Assembly (NCBI GenBank): GCA_001599295.1
Contig: BCGN01000004.1
Span: 1,551,676 to 1,615,675, forward strand
Length of the DNA stretch: 64,000 bases
Source: Sporopachydermia quercuum
Lineage: Eukaryota
Reading direction: 5' to 3'
The notes below the pieces were generated by a model. The model was not told the DNA's origin. It made no database searches and worked only from the letters and a program-made list of their open reading frames with translations. Of this stretch, positions 24,989-36,677 are shown piece by piece; the stretch's first letter is position 1, and every line of letters starts with the position of its first letter. The translations under genes were made by a program, and so were the position numbers.

Positions 24989-25120
24989 TATAAGAATGTA
25001 GATTAAGAAGTAGGAATAATAGCTATTCTTTACAAGATAGTGGTTCTATTTCAATAATGAATAAGGGTTTTCGTTAACTTTTTTATGATAAGCTTAATAG
25101 ATAAATAATGCAAACGGATC

Positions 25121-25131
25121 GAAAAATTTTT
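25121..25131. promoter_or_regulatory. RRPE-like element upstream of PUF6
   Basis: GAAAAATTTTT about 130 bp upstream of the ATG of a ribosome-biogenesis gene; resembles RRPE (TGAAAAATTTT). Confidence 0.5.
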
Positions 25132-26189
25132 ACCCCAATAAAAAAAAATTATTACTTAGTGCTGGGTATTACGCTGCATTAGATACTAAATAGAAGTCTG
25201 GAGTATATCGAAGAACGGAAAAGATAATTTCCTTAAACCAAGCTTTGGGGGGTATTCTTGTGAAACTTTCTAAGTCAGATTAAATCTTCAATCGAAGTCA
25301 GTAGTAATTTGAGCAGAATTCTCCTCAAGCGAAGAGAAAACAATGTGAATGATATCTAAATTTTGTAGTTTGTTGAGACATTATAAAGGAAAAAAAGATC
25401 TAAATGCTTGAATATTCTTGGTAAATTTATTTGGTTGTTGTAGTTTTTGTCTATATGTTAGTGTGTCTCCGCTGGGAGTGTCTCATCTAAAGAATGATTT
25501 AAGATTCATATAAAGTTTAAACAAGTTCCACCTGATGCTTTTTTTTTGGCCTTTTAGCCTTCAATTGAACTGAACCTTGGATTCTCAAAAACTATGGCAA
25601 TTATATTCTTTTCAAGAGTTGTTTGAAAATATATATTTGAAAGACTTTGTGAAATTTGGTGTTATTGTGAATAGAACACTTCGATTCTGTTTAAACTTCT
25701 CTTTTGGTATGATGATCTTTACAGGTTATTACTGACTGAGCATATCGAAAGCAAATTTATGGTTCATCAGAAGGTAACGTTAAACTTTGTCTATATGGAA
25801 TGTCGCCGTTCTTTGGCAATTGAGTTTGAACTTAATATGATTTTTCTCGTTGATGGCAAACTCTATTTCCATGTCTTGCTCTGCTTTTCCTTCTTTGCAG
25901 CAAAAACTTCTCTTGAATGACTATTGCCCCTATTGACATTCTTTTCTCTTCTTATATGAATATAATGAGCAGCGATGATGTTTCTATTGTTGTTGTAGCT
26001 GCTGGAGGACTTTCCTTTAGAAAAGTTCAATTTTTAAGCGCTTGGTTCGTTCTTTAAAGAGCACGATTTGGAAAGTATCGGCTAAATTAGTAGAACACCA
26101 TTATTATATGAGATTGCTATTGAGCTTGGGAGTGTTGTATATTCTTTTATATTCACTCTATGTTGTTCGATATTAAGTAATAAATAAAA

Positions 26190-29100
26190 ATGGAGAAAAT
26201 TCAAATATCAATCACTAATATTCATTGTGTCAATTGTGAAGACTCTTTGAAAAGAGTAATCAAACCACTGATTGGTCCTTCTGCGGTTCTCCAGATATCG
26301 GTATCTGAAGGAACTGTCATCATAATTCATAATGAGAATTCTGTACCAAAGATAGTGCCATCTGAAGTTGCAGAAAGAATTTACTATGCTGGATTCTCGA
26401 TTGAGGATATAGATGTTGACAGGTTAGCAATAGATTCTGATACTGACATAGATATTGATGATGACAATAGCTCTTTGTTCGCCTACTACGAGCATGAGCG
26501 AGATCTTGAGTCGGGTAGGTCCAAATTGCATCCCTATAAGCCATGGATCTCAAAAATACCAATTATTGGTCAAAAACTGACAAAAAATCTCACAAAGAAA
26601 CATACAAAGAGTTGNAAGATATGTCAACAGGAATCAGAAGCTGCTGCAACTGATGCCAATGGGTTGGCCAGCAATGAAGCATCAGAATCAACACCTTTGC
26701 TCACCAATAATGAAATTAATAATGATTATAGCTCTTCCGAACCTCAATCCTTGGCTCATAAGAAGAATGTTAATGAATATCAAGCAACATTTTTAATTGG
26801 GGGGATGACATGCGCTAGTTGCGCTTCTACCATTAAATCAACAGTTCTTGATAACTTCTCCGAAGTATCGGAAATTGTAGTTGATCTCATGAGTAAAACT
26901 GCAATTGCAGTTATTTCGGTGAGTGATAGTAACTCTGGAACAAGTGATTTGATTTGTAAAAATACTGCGAATAAGATAATACAGTCAGTTAGAGATGCTG
27001 GTTACGAATGTGATCTTATTGACATTCTGCCAGTTACCGGTCATGTTAAATCGTTCAAAGTAAGTGCGATCATAGGCGGAATTACCTGTGCCTCATGCGT
27101 GAATACAGTGAAACAGAACATTTCAGCCTTGGATTTTGTTATGGAATCTGATTTATCCCTGATTACTAAAGAAGCAGTAATTATAATGCGAGGTGGAACA
27201 TCTACCACCACAGCAGAAGAGGATGAACAGTTGAAAGCAAAGGAACTGAAAGAACTACAGGAACGAGTCGAAGACTCAGGATTTGATTTTGAATTATTAG
27301 ATATTTCTGAACTTAATTACGCCGCTACTCAGAAAGTATCTCGTACTGTAAATCTCAAAATCTCTGGAATGTACTGCAGTCATTGTCCTGAGTCAATCAA
27401 CCAACTATTCAGAACGTATGGTTCATCTGTTGTTGTTAACGATCCTATCACTCAGAAAACACCGTTTATTCGATTTAAATACATACCATCACCACCAAAT
27501 GTGACAATTCGGAGTATTCTCAAGGATATTGAGTCTTTGCCATTAGGCAACAATAGACATTTCTCTGCTCAAGTGATTAAACAAGTTTCATTGGATGAAA
27601 GACTAACTGAATTAAACCATCGAGAAACGTTGAAAATTGTTTCAAGGCTTGTGTTAACTACAATCATTTCTATACCTACTTTTCTTATTGGCATGGTTTA
27701 CATGGACATGGTATCACCAGATAATTCAATCAGAAAGTACTTACATGAGCCATTGTGGGTTGGTAATGTCTCCAGAGCTTCTTGGTTCTTGTTTTTTTTA
27801 TCAACACCTGTTTACTTTTTCGCTGCTGATATCTTCCATAGAAAGGCTATTAAGGAGATTCTCTCGTTATATAAGTTTGGTGTTTCCTGGAGAAGACGGT
27901 TATTGAAATTTGGTTCCATGAATCTGCTTATGTCGTTAGGAACATCAATTTCATATTTTGCTAGTATTGTCCTGATAGTTATAGGTTCGAAGTCAAGCCG
28001 CTCTAGCAATGGTTATACTACTACATATTTTGATTCTGTAGTATTTTTGACTCTATTTTTATTGGTTGGAAGATTATTAGAAGCCTATTCTAAGGAAAAG
28101 ACTGGTGGAATTATAGGTGAACTAACAGCTGGAAAGCCCAAGAAATTGGACCTAATAACTTTCCCAAATGATACCAAGGATATAACAAAAATTCCTTATG
28201 GCAAGCTGGATTTCTCACAATCTGAATCTCAAGAAATACCGGTGGAGTTATTAGATTTATACGANTTAGTTAGAATCAACGTTGGACAATCACCACCAAT
28301 GGATTCAATTATTGTTAACGGCACAACCTATTTTGACGAATCAGCATTAACAGGAGAATCAACACCTGTAAAGCATGGTCCAGGAGAACAGGTTTTTGCT
28401 GGTACCATAAATTGTGGTGAGACTCCTATTGTTGTTAAGATCAATTGTTTAGAAGGTCAAAGTATGTTTGATCAGATAATTAAAATTGTTAGGGAAGGAC
28501 AGCTACATAGAGCACCAATTGAAAGAGTTGCTGACTCTCTTACAGGTTATTTTGTTCCTTTTGTTACTCTCTTAGCCATTTTAACGTGGATTATCTGGCT
28601 TGTGTTAGGCTTATCTGGAGTACTACCTAACTCCTATTTAGATATCGATGTTGGAGGATGGTTAGTGTGGTCGTTACAGTTCTCTATTGCTGTTTTTGTT
28701 ATAGCTTGTCCTTGTGGAATTGGACTGGCTGCCCCTACTGCATTATTTGTTGGCTCGGGATTAGCTGCAAAGTATGGTATTCTAGCAAGAGGAGGTGGAC
28801 AAGCGTTCGAAGTAGCATCTAGGATAAATACAATATGTTTTGATAAAACAGGGACCATTACTGAAGGCGGTGACCCCAAAGTCGCTAACTATCAGTTTTA
28901 TTATAATAACGCCTTGAAGGATACTAAAGCGGTTGAAGAGTATGGTAGAAAACTAGTTCATCAAATAGTTGGGCTTCAACTAGCGAGAGACTTAGAACTA
29001 TCGTCAAACCATCCTTTATCAAAGGCTGTTAAAACATTCTGTGAAGGTTTGATTATTAAGGATTCGCCATCTGAATATTTAACTACCAATAAAGTATCAG

Positions 29101-30050
29101 ATGTTAAGGAGATAGCAGGGAAAGGATTATTTGGTACTGTTGTTCATGATGGTAGTGGTAACAGATCAGCTTTGCCGATTTTAAATTCTATTTGGACTGA
29201 ATTAAATGGTAGTAAGGTGATTGTTGGCAACGAAAAATTAATGAACGATTATAATGTAGAGACATCAACTGCTCAATTAGATGTTTTACATTCATGGAAA
29301 AAACTTGGACAATCCGTTGTATTAGTAGCTATACAACAGAATGCTGAATCTGACTTCCAATTGATACTCGTGATGTCAACACAAGATGTCATAAGAAGAG
29401 AAGCGAAAGCTGTAGTCGATACTTTGAAAAAGAAGGGTATTTCTGTTTGGATGATCACAGGTGATAACTATGTCAGTGCCAAAGCAGTTGCAAGCCAAGT
29501 TGGTATAGATGAAAATCATGTTGTAGCTGAAGTTCTACCAAATGAGAAAGCTGATAAAGTGAGAATGTTGCAAACTGCACCTTTGTCTATTGGTAGTAAT
29601 AAGCGTAACACCGTCGCAATGGTTGGTGATGGAATAAATGACGCACCCTCATTAACTGTTGCTGATGTAGGAATTGCATTAGATTCAACATCCGATATTG
29701 CAATGACTTCAGCTGATTTTNTTCTTTTGTCCAGTTCCAATGCTAAAGATTCAAATGAGGGAAATGGCTCTCCAGATACGCCTAAGAAGGTCAGGCCTGT
29801 TTTGCTGTCAGTATTGACTTTACTTGAGTTATCAAAAACTGTTTTTCAAAGAGTGCATTTTAATTTCGGTTGGGCTTTAATATATAANATGATTGGTATA
29901 CCAATTGCTGCTGGAGTATTTTACCCTCTAAATCATAAAAGATTGGACCCAGTGTGGGCAAGTTTGGCTATGGCATTGAGTTCTATATCTGTTGTGTTGA
30001 GTAGTTTGGCTTTGAAGTTGTTCAAGCCTTCTAAAGTGAAAACTGAGTAG
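26190..30050 (+). CDS. P1B-type copper-transporting ATPase, Crp1/CrpA (copper export) type
   Basis: Multiple HMA CxxC motifs (NIHCVNC, GMTCASC, GITCASC, GMYCSHC), [29 protein letters not shown]. The N-terminal NIHCxxC and [11 protein letters not shown] segments resemble Candida Crp1 more than Ccc2. Confidence 0.9.
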   Translation: MEKIQISITNIHCVNCEDSLKRVIKPLIGPSAVLQISVSEGTVIIIHNENSVPKIVPSEVAERIYYAGFSIEDIDVDRLAIDSDTDIDIDDDNSSLFAYYEHERDLESGRSKLHPYKPWISKIPIIGQKLTKNLTKKHTKSXKICQQESEAAATDANGLASNEASESTPLLTNNEINNDYSSSEPQSLAHKKNVNEYQATFLIGGMTCASCASTIKSTVLDNFSEVSEIVVDLMSKTAIAVISVSDSNSGTSDLICKNTANKIIQSVRDAGYECDLIDILPVTGHVKSFKVSAIIGGITCASCVNTVKQNISALDFVMESDLSLITKEAVIIMRGGTSTTTAEEDEQLKAKELKELQERVEDSGFDFELLDISELNYAATQKVSRTVNLKISGMYCSHCPESINQLFRTYGSSVVVNDPITQKTPFIRFKYIPSPPNVTIRSILKDIESLPLGNNRHFSAQVIKQVSLDERLTELNHRETLKIVSRLVLTTIISIPTFLIGMVYMDMVSPDNSIRKYLHEPLWVGNVSRASWFLFFLSTPVYFFAADIFHRKAIKEILSLYKFGVSWRRRLLKFGSMNLLMSLGTSISYFASIVLIVIGSKSSRSSNGYTTTYFDSVVFLTLFLLVGRLLEAYSKEKTGGIIGELTAGKPKKLDLITFPNDTKDITKIPYGKLDFSQSESQEIPVELLDLYXLVRINVGQSPPMDSIIVNGTTYFDESALTGESTPVKHGPGEQVFAGTINCGETPIVVKINCLEGQSMFDQIIKIVREGQLHRAPIERVADSLTGYFVPFVTLLAILTWIIWLVLGLSGVLPNSYLDIDVGGWLVWSLQFSIAVFVIACPCGIGLAAPTALFVGSGLAAKYGILARGGGQAFEVASRINTICFDKTGTITEGGDPKVANYQFYYNNALKDTKAVEEYGRKLVHQIVGLQLARDLELSSNHPLSKAVKTFCEGLIIKDSPSEYLTTNKVSDVKEIAGKGLFGTVVHDGSGNRSALPILNSIWTELNGSKVIVGNEKLMNDYNVETSTAQLDVLHSWKKLGQSVVLVAIQQNAESDFQLILVMSTQDVIRREAKAVVDTLKKKGISVWMITGDNYVSAKAVASQVGIDENHVVAEVLPNEKADKVRMLQTAPLSIGSNKRNTVAMVGDGINDAPSLTVADVGIALDSTSDIAMTSADFXLLSSSNAKDSNEGNGSPDTPKKVRPVLLSVLTLLELSKTVFQRVHFNFGWALIYXMIGIPIAAGVFYPLNHKRLDPVWASLAMALSSISVVLSSLALKLFKPSKVKTE

Positions 30051-30763
30051 AGGAAAAGTCTGAAATTGGGCAAAAGTTGAATTTGTAAATAGTTAGTTAT
30101 TACTAAAAAATTAAATGTAAAAGAAACGAGGACATTTTATGATGTATGAAGATCGAAGGTAATTAACAATATTGTAGTTATCACACGTTACATAATAGCA
30201 TTTTGAATATTTAGACACTGTACTTTCGTTGTTTTCCTCTGCATATGCAAAAAAGTTTGGTGCTATTGGGATTGATTTAACGGTAATCCTATAAACTTAT
30301 TGTCATGAAAAGTGGAATGAATTGAAAGATCATTCAGACAAATAGCCTCTAAAAAGGGAAGATTGTATCCATTTGATAATCGTAAAATTAAATGTTGTTC
30401 ATACTGCATATGAAGCACAAAAATAGTAGGATGAAGAATNCTTGACAATGAATAATAAAAATTGAGTTTCAATGATCATGCACTGGACTCATAGCCCCGC
30501 ATAATATACATGTAGATTATCAAAAGTGATTATATCCTTTTTTGAATACTTCCTAACAGATCACAATATCACCTTTTTATTGTTTACCACTGTAACTGAT
30601 TTTAGCCAGATTGCTAACGAATATTTCTACTTCTGGATTTGATAAAAGCTATACAATTTTTTACACGNCAAGAGAATTTAGATAGATAATATAAAATACC
30701 TACAAGTTGATATTAAAGAGTGCATTTTAGCCTTCAAAGAATTCTCGTCTTTTACTATGGACA

Positions 30764-31160
30764 ATGAAAGTCATCATTGAACAATGGAACAGTGTTAGCA
30801 CATGGACATGGAATGTATCAGAAGACGATGAATTATGTGGCATTTGCAGAGTTCATTTTGATGGCACCTGTCCCTCATGTAAATTTCCAGGCGATGGTTG
30901 TCCTTTAGGTATGTTTCAGTTCAACTTTATTGAGAAACAAGCTCAACTGTCAGGCAAGCTTACTAACTTACGGGATAGTTGTTGGGGAATGTCAACACTT
31001 GTTCCACATGCACTGTATTTACAAATGGCTCGAAGTAGAAACATCTAAAGGTCTGTGTCCAATGTGTCGTCAGCCATTCAAGAATAATGATGGGAAAGAG
31101 GAACAGAGAAATGAAGTTCAGAACGAGAATCAAGACCTAGTCATCCAACAAGCTTTGTAA
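30764..31160 (+). CDS. APC11: APC/C RING-H2 subunit Apc11
   Basis: Exons 30764-30908 and 30979-31160; intron GTATGT...TACTAAC...TAG. Spliced protein: [57 protein letters not shown]. Confidence 0.95.
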
Positions 31161-32161
31161 AGGTAATTGGGATTTTTGCTGCTATTCTTCATAGCAAAAA
31201 CAGCATGAACGTAGCTGGGAACACATCAAAGCAGTCGGTAATCATGACATCTATTGTTCAAGAGGCTCTTTCTATTGGTAGGTTTCCTCATAACTGTAGA
31301 ATGGTATTCATCTATGCCTAGTGCCGTCACGCCTGATGATAAAGATTGTAACATAATCAAGATAAATTATTGCTATCATTTTGCTAACTACAGTTGAACT
31401 ACAGCTTATATGTACATCAGACATCAGCGTCTCAATTCTAAGACCAAAACAAACATCAGCCTATCAGCTATGGAATCTTTTTATCAATACTCTCTTTCCC
31501 AAGCTCCTATCTTGTACTACAGACAATCGGATAGCATCATACATAGCTTATGATGTCGCTACCTAATGAATCAAATTACCTGTAAAACTGATCTAATAGT
31601 AATATCTCCAATCGTACCTGACATTTATTCCTAACACGGTATCCCAGATTGTGCACCCTCACCTAACAATTCTTCAAATCCGATAATATCTCCGACTATG
31701 CTATCCCTGAAATGAGACAGGGGAAAGAGGAATCGAAATCTGTCAAAATAATCATTAAAAAGAGCAATTGATTGATTACTACTACTTTTGATTTGGCTTA
31801 AGAAATTCCGATGGTTCAACTGAATTTTTTCTGACTGGATCCTTTTATTTCTTTGTCAATAGTCAAAAACTCTGTTGATATTTCAAGCAGTTGAACGATT
31901 ACTCAATCAGATAATAAATTCTACACAAAGTAGCATGAGTGCTTCATCACCCTTTTGTATATGATTTGTGTTTCTATTTATATCTCTATTATCTGTTGTT
32001 TCTGTTAACTGAATTTCCACTGGATCAGGAGAATATATGGCAGGACTGTATCAGAAGAGTTGAAATCATCTCAATATTAAACATTAGTGAGGCGCGTTCA
32101 GTGTGTATGCTTACTATAGCAGTGTTCTAGTGGGTGCATTAGAATCGTTCGTTGACAAGCT

Positions 32162-35100
32162 ATGGAAGAGGGAGATAAGGAAGACGTTGAGAAGTCTTCC
32201 CAATCACCGGAAGGAGGAAGTGATGAGAAATCTTTAAAAAGGGATACTAACATCAAGGAAAACACACCAGAAGCAGCCCAAGGGGATGTGGTAAACGAGC
32301 AAGCTGTAGAAACAGGCCCCGTGGTACCTGAAGAACAAGGACCTTCAGAAGTCCAATCTCCAACATCACACACTTCGCCAAAACTTGACACAAGAGAACA
32401 GACAGTAACCGAATCTAACAGTCAAGAGAGAGACACCGGTAATCACGATTCAATTGTAAATACAGACTCCACAAATAAAAGCATTGCAGAATCATCGATT
32501 GCAGATTCCACAAACAATATCAAACCATCACCTAATGGAACTCCACATCTAGTATCATCGTCACCAGAGACATTATCAATAGCAAAGGAACCTTCAAGTT
32601 CCAAAGAATCTATTACATCGAATGAGAATAGCGGCAAATTTCAAACGTACTCAACAGTTACCCTAATATCAGACATTCCTACAAGCAATCCCGATATACC
32701 AGAAACTGAATCAGGCAACCAAGTCACAACCATAGAAGCTTGGGATAACAGTATATATGTTGGAACTTCGAAAGGTGAGATTTTGCACTTCTTCCAAGTT
32801 GAGGATGGTCAATATATCTTGGTGAGTAGACAAAGAGTCCTTGCAACTCGACTGAGACCTGTTAGCCAAATAGTGCTCTTGCCTCAAATAGCTAGAGCTC
32901 TAGTATTATGTCATAATTCTGTTAATGTTTTTTCGTTACCAGAATTTTCGCCAGTGAGTGGAATTGGAAGAATTAAAGATGCGAAAGGATTATCTTTGGA
33001 TGCTGACAAAGTTATCCCAACTGGATCTTCTGACGTAAAGGTATCTGGAGTTCATGTAGCTGTTTTTACCAAAAATACTATCAGACTGATCAACGTGCAA
33101 CCAGATTCACTAAGGCTTTTGAAAGATGTTAGCTATTCTGGTTCTTTGGTTGGGATAAGAAGGTCGTCATTAGTTCTTATTGGTTCAAAAGAGTTCTATG
33201 ACTTAATTGATATTGAGAACTTTCAGAAGATTCCGTTGTTTCCGGTCAACAATGGTACTCCAGAGGATAAAAGTAGCACTAGAGCAGAAGAGAGAATTTC
33301 ACCAATGATGACACCAGTGGGCACTGATGAGTTTCTCCTAGTAGTAGGAACAAAGAAAACTGAACCTGCTATGGGTATGGTTGTTAATACTGACGGTGAT
33401 GTCTCTAGAGGAACTATTGTATGGAACCAATTCCCTTCATCAATTGGTGTAGATTATCCTCATACCGTAGCGATGGTCAACGGGCAACTGGAATTTCATT
33501 CCCTATTTGATCAAACATTAGTTCAAACTCTTAAGGCACCCGAAGGAAGTTTTGTTACCAATGTATCAACTAAATTCTCAGTTAAACATCACGAATTGAT
33601 AGATAAACTTCGAACAGTACCGTTATTTGTCTCAGGGATCGAGCAGCAAGATCTTGTCAGTTCTCGAGAGATTCAGTCCAAAATCCAATCAGAGAAAGAG
33701 ACTATCGAGAAGCTGTCATTTCTAACTTCCAATTTAGTTCTCTTTAAGAAAAATCCTAACTCCGAAGGTGGATCCATTGAATGTCTACAATCTGCACCCA
33801 GAGTAGCTAGTATCGAGGAGAGAATAAAATCAATCTCTAGTAAACCTAACTCTAGACAAATGGTATACTCTGAGATCAATGATGAAATACAATCAATGGA
33901 TGTTAATTCCGAGCTATCTTTCCTAGAATTTGAATATCTTAAGTTATTTATTGGTGTTCATTATCTTGCAGATGAAGATGAAAATATGAAGAATGAATGT
34001 ATAGATGCTTGGTGTGAAGGCAGCCTTGACCCTAGGATATTCTTATATCTTTTCAGCAAGAATGAACCAGACTCTGACGANAGCAGCAAAAAAAACAATC
34101 ATGTTAGTTTGATACCTTTAGTGAAAGACATCCAAGGAAGTGTTTGGATATATAATGGTGTAATGGAGTTATTCAGCTCTCTCAGAGACAAAATTCAAGC
34201 TGTGATGTTCAGTAAGCGCTCGACGTCAGACTCAGAAACAAAAACACATGAATTTTATGACAATATACTGCAAACATTCATAAGCAAATGGTTAGCTAAA
34301 GGAAGATTAGAATCAATTCAAGATCAACAAAACGTCTTAGAAAGCATAGAAAAATTTAACATCATATATTGGCTTTATCATTATTCTACAGAATCTGAGA
34401 AAGAACTATTAAGGAATCACTCGAGATATTTACCTCCGCCAGAATCAACGCTTTACTCTGAGAACCCTGAAGTTAAAATTGAGAGATACAAAGCTCAAGT
34501 TCTGAGGATCATTGAATCTCACATTTCTTTCATTGATACTGACTTTGCATGGGTATATGACTTATTAGTATCAAACAAACAATACTACTTCTTGCTCTTG
34601 ATATATAAGAAGCAAAAGAAACTAGAAGAGTACTGCGAACTGTTCATAAAACTATTGGATCCTATGGAACAAGATATAGTCGACATTGGATTTCCTCACA
34701 GCGAAAATACGTATGATATAAAAGCAGTCTCCATTACTTCCTCGACTGGTCAGAAAACTACAGAAAAGAAAGGTAAACAGAAGAAGAAGAACAAACTCGA
34801 GAAGACTGGAACCATAGAAATCAGAAAGAATGACAAAAATAGTGTAGGGGCAGAGATTTTATTAAGTTTTCTTTGCGAATGTGAAGATACGGCAATAGTA
34901 TGGAAATACGGTTGCTGGTTGTTAGATCATTTTCCTGAACTCGGTATAAAGCTATTCTTATACGGAGATGCAAAAGTCAAGTTTGATGATGAGAAAGTGA
35001 TAGCACTTATAAGAGAACATGCCGAAAAGCCTGGTGAATCCGGAAAGGAGACGAATCTAATTGCAACAGCATGGACAAAGTATTTAGAGGATATTGTATT

Positions 35101-36094
35101 TGAATCTAAGAAATACGCCTATGCTTCCGAACTATTAGAAATCTATCTCAAAGACTTGAGATCAACTTTAGAAGGTAATGAAAAACTGTGCAAGGCAATG
35201 GATGAATTATATTTATCATATAAAAAGTTAGCATTTCCTAAGGCACGATTTCCTGAGTATATTAACTCAGTTATCAATACAGAGCTGGATGATACTAGTA
35301 AGTCTTTCCTACAGGTTCGACTGAAGTTCATTCATCTGATTGAAAAAATGTCTCCAAATGTACCAAGGCATCTCTCTTCACTAGAAAAATGTCGAGTAGC
35401 TTTGAATAGTAACAGTATTCTTGAAAACAGGTTTACTTATGAACTTTTATTGATATACAACAAGTTTGGTCAACATGAATCTATACTTAGGACACTTTGC
35501 TTGGATTTAACTGATTATGTTTCATGCATAGAGTTTTGCTTAAATGGTGGGAGACTTCATTTAGATGAAGAAATCAATGAAGATGTTGTGATATCCCAAG
35601 AGGTGATCATTGGGAAGTTTGTTACTAATTTAAATTTGGAAATGAAACAAGTTATTGACAGCAATTTTGTTCCGAGAATTAAGGAGCTGCTGCACAATTT
35701 GTATCTAATGTTTCTTTCTATTGAAGTGCCCTCTACTAGACTTTTCTGTGTGACAATGCTGCTCGATGTGAGTATATCAGATTCATTATTGGATATTCTT
35801 TACAATCCAAGTGAGTATATGCTCAAGAATAAGAAGCAGATTATCACTAATACTTTAGTTGAGTACCCGTCGTTGAAGTTTACCAGTTCTCTTCTAGAGC
35901 CTGGATTTATACTTAAGAACCTACCTGAAGATTGGCCTCTGAATTGCGTTTCGTCCTACTTTTCTTTTGTCCTACGGGATTTGAGGGATACCAAGAAGCT
36001 AGCATCCTTAGCTAAAGGTCTGGCAAGAAGTGAGATGTCGGAGTACCAAGCAGTATTCAGAGACGTGAAAACTAATAATTTCAGTCAGACATAG
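32162..36094 (+). CDS. VPS3: CNH-domain CORVET subunit, Vps3 (Vps39/TGFBRAP1 family)
   Basis: CNH-like start IEAWDNSIYVGTSKGEILHF, VFSLPEFSP, MGMVVNTDGDVSRGTIVW; C-terminal LKNLPEDWPL. Proximity to PUF6 matches S. cerevisiae, favouring Vps3 over Vam6/Vps39. Confidence 0.7.
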   Translation: MEEGDKEDVEKSSQSPEGGSDEKSLKRDTNIKENTPEAAQGDVVNEQAVETGPVVPEEQGPSEVQSPTSHTSPKLDTREQTVTESNSQERDTGNHDSIVNTDSTNKSIAESSIADSTNNIKPSPNGTPHLVSSSPETLSIAKEPSSSKESITSNENSGKFQTYSTVTLISDIPTSNPDIPETESGNQVTTIEAWDNSIYVGTSKGEILHFFQVEDGQYILVSRQRVLATRLRPVSQIVLLPQIARALVLCHNSVNVFSLPEFSPVSGIGRIKDAKGLSLDADKVIPTGSSDVKVSGVHVAVFTKNTIRLINVQPDSLRLLKDVSYSGSLVGIRRSSLVLIGSKEFYDLIDIENFQKIPLFPVNNGTPEDKSSTRAEERISPMMTPVGTDEFLLVVGTKKTEPAMGMVVNTDGDVSRGTIVWNQFPSSIGVDYPHTVAMVNGQLEFHSLFDQTLVQTLKAPEGSFVTNVSTKFSVKHHELIDKLRTVPLFVSGIEQQDLVSSREIQSKIQSEKETIEKLSFLTSNLVLFKKNPNSEGGSIECLQSAPRVASIEERIKSISSKPNSRQMVYSEINDEIQSMDVNSELSFLEFEYLKLFIGVHYLADEDENMKNECIDAWCEGSLDPRIFLYLFSKNEPDSDXSSKKNNHVSLIPLVKDIQGSVWIYNGVMELFSSLRDKIQAVMFSKRSTSDSETKTHEFYDNILQTFISKWLAKGRLESIQDQQNVLESIEKFNIIYWLYHYSTESEKELLRNHSRYLPPPESTLYSENPEVKIERYKAQVLRIIESHISFIDTDFAWVYDLLVSNKQYYFLLLIYKKQKKLEEYCELFIKLLDPMEQDIVDIGFPHSENTYDIKAVSITSSTGQKTTEKKGKQKKKNKLEKTGTIEIRKNDKNSVGAEILLSFLCECEDTAIVWKYGCWLLDHFPELGIKLFLYGDAKVKFDDEKVIALIREHAEKPGESGKETNLIATAWTKYLEDIVFESKKYAYASELLEIYLKDLRSTLEGNEKLCKAMDELYLSYKKLAFPKARFPEYINSVINTELDDTSKSFLQVRLKFIHLIEKMSPNVPRHLSSLEKCRVALNSNSILENRFTYELLLIYNKFGQHESILRTLCLDLTDYVSCIEFCLNGGRLHLDEEINEDVVISQEVIIGKFVTNLNLEMKQVIDSNFVPRIKELLHNLYLMFLSIEVPSTRLFCVTMLLDVSISDSLLDILYNPSEYMLKNKKQIITNTLVEYPSLKFTSSLLEPGFILKNLPEDWPLNCVSSYFSFVLRDLRDTKKLASLAKGLARSEMSEYQAVFRDVKTNNFSQT

Positions 36095-36677
36095 AATTTA
36101 CTAGCATCATTCTTTTTATATCTATCTTGTATAATTATTTCCCTTCATGCACATATTAATATCATACATTTTCTTGTACTTTTTCTTATATTATCTGTCT
36201 AGTTCACTCTAACACCTGGTAACATCATCAGATTTCCAACTTTACATGTAAATATCATTGTGCAATAAGTGCATATAGATACATATGAATGCATATGTTC
36301 TGCATATCCATCTTCAACAACTCTTTCGCAAACCAAAGGTGAAATGAATGTTCCTTTTTACCTTGCGTTTTCTATTTTCTATACCTTCAACATTATTTCA
36401 TTCTTATACACAGCTGGCCATGATTCACTCTCTTCTTCTCTATAAGTATCAATTGTCTTTCCATGGTCTATCAACAAATACTGGCTTTCTTTTTCCGTCA
36501 GTAATTGATATCAAACAGGCGATTTCTTTTTTCTTCATTGGCATTCATTTCACTCACCCTGAATGAATCATTGTATACTGTTTGATATTTCATTGGTTGA
36601 TTGATTATTTCTGGTAACCTACCAGTCCATTATTGATCATCACTTGGATTGAAGCCACTGAGTCCTCGACCGCTACA

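Noticed and set aside
25140..26189. Ace1/Mac1 copper-response elements upstream of the Cu-ATPase
   Set aside because: Only short degenerate matches (e.g. TCTCCGCTG), not distinguishable from chance.
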